Shown piece after piece: positions 57,726-64,000 of a stretch of 64,000 nt of DNA. Position 1 is the stretch's first letter; each line of letters opens with the position of its first letter. The notes beneath the pieces were generated by a model, which saw nothing but the letters and a program-made list of their open reading frames with translations, was not told the DNA's origin and searched no databases. A program made the position numbers and the translations under genes. This stretch comes from Betaproteobacteria bacterium (GTDB taxonomy: Bacteria > Pseudomonadota > Gammaproteobacteria > Burkholderiales > Casimicrobiaceae): contig JANNKR010000059.1 in assembly GCA_031396395.1 (NCBI GenBank), forward strand, positions 2,750 through 66,749, given 5' to 3'.

Positions 57726-58283
57726 ATGCGTACATTGATGATCATCGTGGCAGCGGCCTTGCTTGCCACTTCCGTGCAGGCCGCCGAAGTCGGCGGCGTC
57801 AAGCTCGACGACAAGATGAGCGTGGGCGGGCAGGATCTGGTGCTGAACGGCGCGGGCATCCGTACGCGCGCGGTTTTCAAGGTCTATGTCGGCAGCCTGT
57901 ATCTGCCGGCCAAGGCCACGACACTGGCCGGTGTGCTGGAGAAAGGGCCACGGCGATTCCAGCTCAACCTCCTGCGCACGTTGTCGGCCGATCAACTGGT
58001 CGATGCGCTGACCGACGGGATCAAGGAAAACAGCTCGCCGGCCGAGCTGGCCGCGATCAAGCCGCAGATCGACCAGATGGTCACGACCATGAAAGCCTTC
58101 AACGAAGTGAAGGAAAAGGACGTCGTCACGCTGGACTTCGTCGACGGTGCCACGAAGATCGGGCTGAATGGCGCAGCCAAGGGCTCGATTGCGGGTGACG
58201 CCTTCAACAAGGCACTCACGCGTATCTGGCTCGGCGACAATCCGGTCCAGGCCGATCTCAAGAAGGCGATGCTCGGCACCTGA
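57726..58283 (+). CDS. Chalcone-isomerase-fold secreted protein
   Basis: Signal peptide; LVLNGAGIRTRAVFKVYV..LYL, IWLGDNPV...LKKAMLG. Confidence 0.88.
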   Translation: MRTLMIIVAAALLATSVQAAEVGGVKLDDKMSVGGQDLVLNGAGIRTRAVFKVYVGSLYLPAKATTLAGVLEKGPRRFQLNLLRTLSADQLVDALTDGIKENSSPAELAAIKPQIDQMVTTMKAFNEVKEKDVVTLDFVDGATKIGLNGAAKGSIAGDAFNKALTRIWLGDNPVQADLKKAMLGT

Positions 58284-59299
58284 TGCCCGACTTCTGGCCT
58301 TCCTGCGGTTACGCGCTGCTGCAACCCGGGCCAGACGGCAGGCTTGCCGTCACCGACGATTTCCTGCGCAGCTTTCTCGTTCGCCCGGAGCTGGCCCCGG
58401 TGCCGGAATCGTGCCCGGCCGAACTGGCGCTGCACGATGCATTGCTGGCCGAACCTCGTCGTGCGGTCGCGGACGCCCAGCTCGCGGCGCTGGTCGATGT
58501 CGACGCGCGGGAAAACTACGCCATCTGGCTGCGTTTCCGCGCGCGGCTAACTGCGGCCCCGTCGCTCGAGGCTGCCTACACCGGACTCTTTCGCGGCGAC
58601 GGCGTGGATGTGCCACCGCTGTTCGTGCACCAGATGACGCAGGTCCTGTTGCGGCACATTCTCACCGCCGACGCGGATCCGATGGCCGCCCGCGCGGCCG
58701 AAATGCTCTTTCGCCCGCAGAAGATCGCCGTGATGGAGGATGGCGCGGTGATGGCGGCGGACGAGACGACGGTCGAACTCTTTGCCACCACCGGCGGGTT
58801 CGGCTCGCTGGGCGAACTGCTGGCGCAGAACCGTACGCCCACGCGCGACATCGAACTCGATGTCCTCGATGCCGAAGGCGCGGCGCGCTACTGGGAGCGC
58901 GACGAGCGGCACGACTTCTCGGTCAGCATCAACCGCGGTCGCCCGGCGCTGGATGCGCTATGTCGAGTGCTTGAGCGGTGGGTGCAGCACTTTCTCGGCG
59001 TCGAAGTCACGATCGTGCACGAGCGCGCGATCGACGATGCGCGCTGGGTCTGGCACGTGGGCCTCGATGCCGAGGCCAGCGCGCTCCTGAACGACCTGTA
59101 CAACAAGGTGGACATCGACGAGGCGCGGATGGGCCGGCTTCTATGCTTGTTCCGCCTCGAATTTCGCAACCCGGCCGACATGCGACCGGGTCTCATGGGG
59201 CGCCCCGTCTATCTCGCCATGGCCATGGATGACCGGCAACGGCTGAAGCTCAAGCCCCAGAATCTCCTTCTCAATCTGCCTCTCGCGCGAGTCCAATGA
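58283..59299 (+). CDS. Conserved hypothetical protein (DUF6352-like)
   Basis: MPDFWPSCG, RPELAP.PESC, PPLF, WHVGLDAE, PVYLAMAM..KPQNLLLNLP; family name from memory. Confidence 0.7.
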   Translation: MPDFWPSCGYALLQPGPDGRLAVTDDFLRSFLVRPELAPVPESCPAELALHDALLAEPRRAVADAQLAALVDVDARENYAIWLRFRARLTAAPSLEAAYTGLFRGDGVDVPPLFVHQMTQVLLRHILTADADPMAARAAEMLFRPQKIAVMEDGAVMAADETTVELFATTGGFGSLGELLAQNRTPTRDIELDVLDAEGAARYWERDERHDFSVSINRGRPALDALCRVLERWVQHFLGVEVTIVHERAIDDARWVWHVGLDAEASALLNDLYNKVDIDEARMGRLLCLFRLEFRNPADMRPGLMGRPVYLAMAMDDRQRLKLKPQNLLLNLPLARVQ

Positions 59300-59895
59300 C
59301 CATGACGATCATCACGTCCAACCTGTTCGCACGCCGGCCGGCCATGATGATGGCGGCACTCGTCCTCGTCAGCCTGGGGTCGGCGAATGCACAGCCGACG
59401 CCGGCATCCTCGCCGGCTGCGGCCGCCGCTCCACGCGTTGCGGCGTCCGCGGCGGACCTCGCGAACGTCGCCGGGCTGGCATGGCTCGAGGGGTGCTGGG
59501 CCGGCACGGTCAATCAGCGCGATTTCCGCGAGCAGTGGGGCCCGTTGCGCGGCGGCATGCTGGTCGGCGCCGGGTCCACCGTCTACCAGGGTAAGACGCA
59601 GAGCTATGAATACTTGCGCATCGAAAGCCGGCCGGAGGGGGTCTTCTACGTGGCCTTGCCGTCGGGGCAGCGTGAGACCGCATTCAAGCTGACCGCGATC
59701 GACAAGGATGACAAGGACTCGATCTTCGTCTTCGCCAATCCCGAGCACGATTTTCCGCAGCGGATCTCCTACCGTCGCGGCACCGAGGGTTGGCTATACG
59801 CGACGACCGAGGGCAAGATCAAGGGCGAGGACAAGCAGGTGATTTTTCCGATGCGTCGCGTGGGCTGCGAGTCCGGCGAGTTCATCCTCAAGTAA
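59296..59895 (+). CDS. Secreted hypothetical protein (DUF6265-like)
   Basis: Signal peptide; LAWLEGCW, EQW, F.NPEHDFPQRISY. Confidence 0.75.
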   Translation: MTMTIITSNLFARRPAMMMAALVLVSLGSANAQPTPASSPAAAAAPRVAASAADLANVAGLAWLEGCWAGTVNQRDFREQWGPLRGGMLVGAGSTVYQGKTQSYEYLRIESRPEGVFYVALPSGQRETAFKLTAIDKDDKDSIFVFANPEHDFPQRISYRRGTEGWLYATTEGKIKGEDKQVIFPMRRVGCESGEFILK

Positions 59896-60246
59896 ATGTC
59901 CGATTCGCCGTCCCCCATCCTGGCCAGCTTCGAGCGCATGCTGGCGTCCGGCAAGGAAGGCGCGTTGCTGCGCTATTCGCTCGGTAACGAATACCTCAAG
60001 GCGGGCGACGTCGCCCGTGCTGCGCTCCACCTGCGCGAAGCCGTCGCCCTCGACCCCGGATACACGGCCGCCTGGAAGCTGCTGGGGCGCGCGCTGACGG
60101 AGACGGGTGACGCCGAAGGCGCATTGACGGCGTATCGTGCCGGCATCGCCGTGGCCCAACGCAAGGGCGACAAGCAGGCCGGCCGCGAGATGGAAGTGTT
60201 CGCGAAGCGGCTGATGAAAGCGGCCGCTGCGCCGGATGTTCCGTAG
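59896..60246 (+). CDS. Small TPR protein
   Basis: LLRYSLGNEYL, AVALDPGYTAAWKLLGRAL, GDKQAGREMEVF. Confidence 0.8.
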   Translation: MSDSPSPILASFERMLASGKEGALLRYSLGNEYLKAGDVARAALHLREAVALDPGYTAAWKLLGRALTETGDAEGALTAYRAGIAVAQRKGDKQAGREMEVFAKRLMKAAAAPDVP

Positions 60247-60271
60247 GCCTGGCCCCTCCTTTGCACCCCAG

Positions 60272-60703
60272 TTACGGCACGCGCATCATTTCCACGCCCT
60301 GGTTGGCCAGTGCGTCGGCGCGCAGGTTGCCCGCATTGTCGGCATGTCCCTTCACCCAATGCCATGACACTGCGTGCTGGATGACGAGTGCGTCGAGTTC
60401 GCGCCAAAGCTCCGCGTTCTTGACGGGCTTCCGATCGGCCGTCTTCCAACCGTTGCGCTTCCAGCCGTGGATCCAGGTTTCGATGCCGTTCTTCACATAC
60501 TGCGAGTCGGTGTAGACCTGCGCGGTGGTGGTTCGCGTCAGCGATTCCAGCGCGCGGATCACCGCGGTGAGCTCCATCCGGTTGTTGGTGGTCAGCGCCT
60601 CGCCGCCAAAAATCTCGCGCTCGTGTTCGCCCGTTAGCAGCAGCGCGCCCCAGCCACCGGGGCCGGGATTGCCCTTGCAGGCCCCGTCCGTATAGATCAC
60701 CAC
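60272..60703 (-). CDS. rnhA: Ribonuclease HI
   Basis: [39 protein letters not shown]; start GTG 60703 or upstream TTG 60787. Confidence 0.95.
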   Translation of the reverse strand: MVIYTDGACKGNPGPGGWGALLLTGEHEREIFGGEALTTNNRMELTAVIRALESLTRTTTAQVYTDSQYVKNGIETWIHGWKRNGWKTADRKPVKNAELWRELDALVIQHAVSWHWVKGHADNAGNLRADALANQGVEMMRVP

Positions 60704-60713
60704 CGCGCTTGCA

Positions 60714-60787
60714 CCTCCCCCCCGAACGGCGCTGCGCGCCGCTCCCCCCGGGGGGCGATCGCCTTGGGGCGGCCCGGCGGCGCTCAA
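60714..60787. repeat. GC-rich palindromic element between yafS-like gene and rnhA, open in the rnhA frame
   Basis: CCCCCCGGGGGG (60744-60755), GCGATCGC, CCTTGGGGCGGCCCGGCGGC; reads [25 protein letters not shown]. Confidence 0.45.
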
Positions 60788-61545
60788 TGCGGCAGCCGAT
60801 CCGCCGTGGTCAGGCTTTCGCGTACTCGCGCGGGCGCCAGGGCCTTGGACCGCCGTTCGCGGCGTTGCCACACGGGGGTGAGCAAACGCATGCCAAGCAC
60901 CTTCTTCGTGGCGCGCAGAAAATAGACGCCGCCGGCAATGGGCCACCACCGGTCGCCGGTGCGCTCGAAGAAGCCGAAGCGCTGCAGCCACTTGGGACTG
61001 GCAAAGGGCGGCGCGTAACCGTCGAGGCGGCCACCGACCACATCGAAGCCGAGCAGTGTCAACCAGTCCTTCAACCGGTAGAGTGCGATGAAATTGCCGT
61101 TCCACGGCGGGGACTGGGAGCGACCGAAGTAGCGCTTGGCGCCGTAGAGCGAGAATGGGTTGAAACCGGCGATGACGATCTGGCCTTCGGGCCGGATCAC
61201 GCGCCAGGCCTCGCGCAGCATGAGATGCGGGTCATCGGTGAACTCGAGGGCATGCGGCAGCACGATGAGGTCGAAGGAGTTCTCGGCGAACGGCAGTTCA
61301 TGCGGGTCGGCGATGATCTGCCCGGGCGGATCGTAATCGAGCGTCCAGCGCGACGAGATCCTGCTCTGGTCGAGAAACGGGCACTCGGGCAGGCCGATCT
61401 GCAGCGCGCGGAACCCGAAGATGTCGGCCACGGTCTGATCGAAATACGCCTGCTCCCGCGCCAGCAGATATTGTCCCAGCGGCGTCGCAAACCAGTGCGC
61501 GAGCGTCGTTGACACCCCGGCGCCAGGTCCCGAAGATGCATCCAT
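60784..61545 (-). CDS. Class I SAM methyltransferase (YafS-like)
   Basis: [36 protein letters not shown]; conserved position between gloB and rnhA. Confidence 0.88.
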   Translation of the reverse strand: MDASSGPGAGVSTTLAHWFATPLGQYLLAREQAYFDQTVADIFGFRALQIGLPECPFLDQSRISSRWTLDYDPPGQIIADPHELPFAENSFDLIVLPHALEFTDDPHLMLREAWRVIRPEGQIVIAGFNPFSLYGAKRYFGRSQSPPWNGNFIALYRLKDWLTLLGFDVVGGRLDGYAPPFASPKWLQRFGFFERTGDRWWPIAGGVYFLRATKKVLGMRLLTPVWQRRERRSKALAPARVRESLTTADRLPH

Positions 61546-62320
61546 GACAGCGATTATCCCCATCCCGGCATTTGCGGACAACTACATCTGGCTGCTGCAT
61601 GCCGATGGTCGTGCAGCGGTCGTGGATCCCGGCGACGCCGTGCCCGTGCTGGAGGTGCTTGAGCGCGAAGGGCTGGCGCTGACGGCGATCCTCACGACCC
61701 ATCACCATGGCGACCACGTGGGAGGCGTCACGGCGCTGCTGGCGCAGTTCCCGGTGCCGGTTTTCGGCCCCGCGAATGAGCGCATTCCCGGTCGTACGCG
61801 GGCCCTGGTGCAGGGCGACGCGGTGAACGTGCCCGGCCTCCCGCTGCGTTTTACCGTGCTTGATGTCCCGGGGCACACTGCCGGACACATTGCCTATTTC
61901 GGCGACGTGGACGGCCAGCCTTCGCTCTTCTGCGGTGATACGCTCTTTGCCGGTGGCTGCGGTCGGCTGTTCGAGGGCACGCCGACGCAGATGTGGACAT
62001 CGCTGTCGTCATGCGCGCGGCTGCCCGCGGCGACGCACGTATACTGCGCCCACGAGTACACGCTGGCCAATCTGCGTTTTGCGGCCGCGGTGGAGCCGCA
62101 CAATGCGGCCCTTGCGGCGCGGCAGTTGCGCGACGCCGACAAGCGTGCGCGCGACCTGCCCACGGTGCCGTCCACGCTGGCCGACGAGATCGCGACCAAT
62201 CCGTTCCTGCGCGCCGGGGTTCCGGAAGTGAGGGCAGCTGCGCAACGACGCGCCGGACGCGAACTTGCCGACGATATCGCGGTGTTCGCGGAGCTGCGGG
62301 AGTGGAAAAACCAGTTCTGA
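61544..62320 (+). CDS. gloB: Hydroxyacylglutathione hydrolase (glyoxalase II)
   Basis: PAFADNYIW, THHHGDH, GHT.GH, GDTLF..GCGR, CAHEYT, TNPFLR. Confidence 0.95.
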   Translation: MTAIIPIPAFADNYIWLLHADGRAAVVDPGDAVPVLEVLEREGLALTAILTTHHHGDHVGGVTALLAQFPVPVFGPANERIPGRTRALVQGDAVNVPGLPLRFTVLDVPGHTAGHIAYFGDVDGQPSLFCGDTLFAGGCGRLFEGTPTQMWTSLSSCARLPAATHVYCAHEYTLANLRFAAAVEPHNAALAARQLRDADKRARDLPTVPSTLADEIATNPFLRAGVPEVRAAAQRRAGRELADDIAVFAELREWKNQF

Positions 62321-62444
62321 GCCTGCTGCAAATCGGCAGCAGGACGGGGCCCCTCGGGTTGACCCGTCTTCGTCCTCGGGCCTACCATCGCCGTCCACAG
62401 GCGTCATGCCCAGCGGCGCAGACTTCTGGAAAGGGAACCACGAT

Positions 62445-64000
62445 TTGCGAATAGTGCTGTTGGTCGTTGTCGGAGTCCTCCTGTCGGCGTGCGCGACGGC
62501 GCCGCCCGCGCCCGTGGCCGTGGTCGCACCAGCGGTCGTGCCGGCGCCGGAGCCGGAGCCCCCCCCATCGGTGGTCGCCGTGGTTGCCGTGCCCAAGGAA
62601 CCCGAGCTGTTTCCGTCCGCGGCAGGCGCGGACCTGGAGCCGCTGCCGCCCCCCGCAGGCGATCTGTGGGAACGCATCGTCGCCGGTTACGCGATCCCCG
62701 ACATCAACGATCCGCTGGTCGAAAAGTGGGAGCAGTGGTATTCGTCGCGACCCGAATACATGGCGCGGATGATCGAGCGCAGCCGCCGGTACCTCTATCA
62801 CATCGTCTCCGAAGTCTCCCAGCGGCAAATGCCCACCGAGATCGCGCTGCTGCCGATGATCGAGAGCGCCTTCAATCCCGTGGCGATGTCCTCTGCCCGC
62901 GCGGCGGGGATCTGGCAATTCATTCCGTCGACCGGCAAGCACTACGGGCTGGCCCAGAATTTCTGGGTGGACTCGCGGCGGGACGTGATTGCCGCCACCG
63001 ACAAGGCGCTCGACTACCTGGAAAAGCTGCACGGGGATTTCGGCGACTGGCAGCTGGCACTTGCCGGGTACAACTGGGGCGAGGGCAACGTCGGCAAGGC
63101 GATTGCCCGCAACAAGGCCAAGGGGCTGCCTATGGACTACATCAGCCTTTCGATGCCGGCGGAAACGCGCAACTACCTGCCCAAGCTGCAGGCAGTGAAG
63201 AACATCGTTCGCGATCCGGAAAAATACGGACTCGTGCTGGCCGACATCCCGGATGCGCCGTTCTTCGCCGTGGTGAAGACGACGCGCAAGATGGACACCA
63301 AGCGCGCGGCCGAACTGGCGGAACTGTCGCTGGAGGATTTTCTCGCGCTCAATCCGCAGCACAACCGGCCGGTGATCGCGGGCGCCGACGAACATTCGAT
63401 CCTGCTGCCGATCGACAATGCCGAGCTGTTCGCGGCCAAGCTCGAGCTGACCGACCAGCCCCTCGTGTCATGGCAGGCGTATCGCATGAAGGCGGGCGAA
63501 ACCCTGCCGCAGGTCGCGGTCAAGTACGGCATGTCGGTGGAGACCTTGCGGGCGGTCAACGGCCTTGGTCCCCGCTCGCGGATCCACGAAGGCCATGCGT
63601 TGCTGGTCCCGGCGCAGCGCCCCACGCTGGAATCGGTGCAGTCGCTGCAGCTCGCAGTGTTCACGGCCGTGCCCTCGGGTCGCACGTTCTACTACACGGC
63701 GGCGAAGGGTGACACGCTGCAACGGGTGGCCGTCCGCTACGGAGTGACGGCGCAGGAGCTGAAAGCCTGGAACAGCCTGTCCCGCGAAACGCTGGTGGCC
63801 GGCCAGAAACTGCGGGTCACGAGCGACGTCGCACCGGCTGCCGCCAAAGCGGGTACAAAGGGAAAGAGCGTGGCGGCGACGCGGGGTGCGGGCAAGCGGA
63901 CGAAGTCGGCTGCGCAACCGGCCGCCGCCAATTCAACCGCAAAACCCGGAGCGGCCAAGACGAGTGCGTCGACCCCGGCCAAGACGCCGCCGACACGAAT
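62445..64000 (+). CDS. mltD: Membrane-bound lytic murein transglycosylase with LysM domains (partial, runs off the window)
   Basis: Open frame with no stop; lipobox LSAC; LPMIESAFNP, AGIWQFIPSTG, YNWGEG, ETRNY; two LysM repeats; TTG start (ATG 62406 alternative). Confidence 0.93.
   Translation, partial: MRIVLLVVVGVLLSACATAPPAPVAVVAPAVVPAPEPEPPPSVVAVVAVPKEPELFPSAAGADLEPLPPPAGDLWERIVAGYAIPDINDPLVEKWEQWYSSRPEYMARMIERSRRYLYHIVSEVSQRQMPTEIALLPMIESAFNPVAMSSARAAGIWQFIPSTGKHYGLAQNFWVDSRRDVIAATDKALDYLEKLHGDFGDWQLALAGYNWGEGNVGKAIARNKAKGLPMDYISLSMPAETRNYLPKLQAVKNIVRDPEKYGLVLADIPDAPFFAVVKTTRKMDTKRAAELAELSLEDFLALNPQHNRPVIAGADEHSILLPIDNAELFAAKLELTDQPLVSWQAYRMKAGETLPQVAVKYGMSVETLRAVNGLGPRSRIHEGHALLVPAQRPTLESVQSLQLAVFTAVPSGRTFYYTAAKGDTLQRVAVRYGVTAQELKAWNSLSRETLVAGQKLRVTSDVAPAAAKAGTKGKSVAATRGAGKRTKSAAQPAAANSTAKPGAAKTSASTPAKTPPTR

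Noticed and set aside
1-64000. Many long overlapping or antisense ORFs in the track (e.g. 84-1109, 3703-5367, 12981-15566, 46217-48322, 54040-57735)
   Set aside because: They are shadows of high-GC coding sequence: Arg/Ala/Pro-rich, no family motifs, and fully overlapping well-supported genes
1-64000. CRISPR array or rRNA
   Set aside because: No regularly spaced direct repeats with unique spacers and no rRNA-like sequence; the REP doublets are inverted and kilobases apart

Overview
This is a GC-rich betaproteobacterial chromosomal window (roughly 65-68% GC by eye). From left to right it holds: (1) a surface-glycan block (methyltransferase/coiled-coil plus two GT2-GT4 fusions); (2) thiS-thiG-hypothetical-trmB; (3) a decayed accessory region at the 3' end of a tRNA-CAT gene, with lower-GC secreted-protein genes, an hsdM stub, an internally deleted fic, a wHTH-STAND-TPR regulator with a small partner gene, and an IS481 right end; (4) a CarH/LitR-type B12-binding regulator divergent from gpx-folE2 and a furan/modified fatty-acid operon (FAD desaturase, DUF1365, cfa-type methylase, CHI-fold, MFS, DUF3833, SDR); (5) a neutral-lipid block with a fatty acyl-CoA reductase, WS/DGAT, ACBP, two phasin-family genes, a patatin, a PhaD-like TetR, a PHA-granule-region protein and a LaoAB-like alcohol oxidase, but no PHA synthase; (6) two beta-oxidation operons behind a PsrA-like TetR, one with a frameshifted fadJ-like gene; and (7) the conserved rnhA-yafS-gloB-mltD block. 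Three GTAG-type REP doublets are scattered through it. The strongest candidate new system is a phasin-associated wax-ester storage and turnover module, supported by an 18-bp motif (ATTAGnnTGnnTGCTCTA) found by eye upstream of three of its transcription units. All family assignments come from motif recognition, not database searches.
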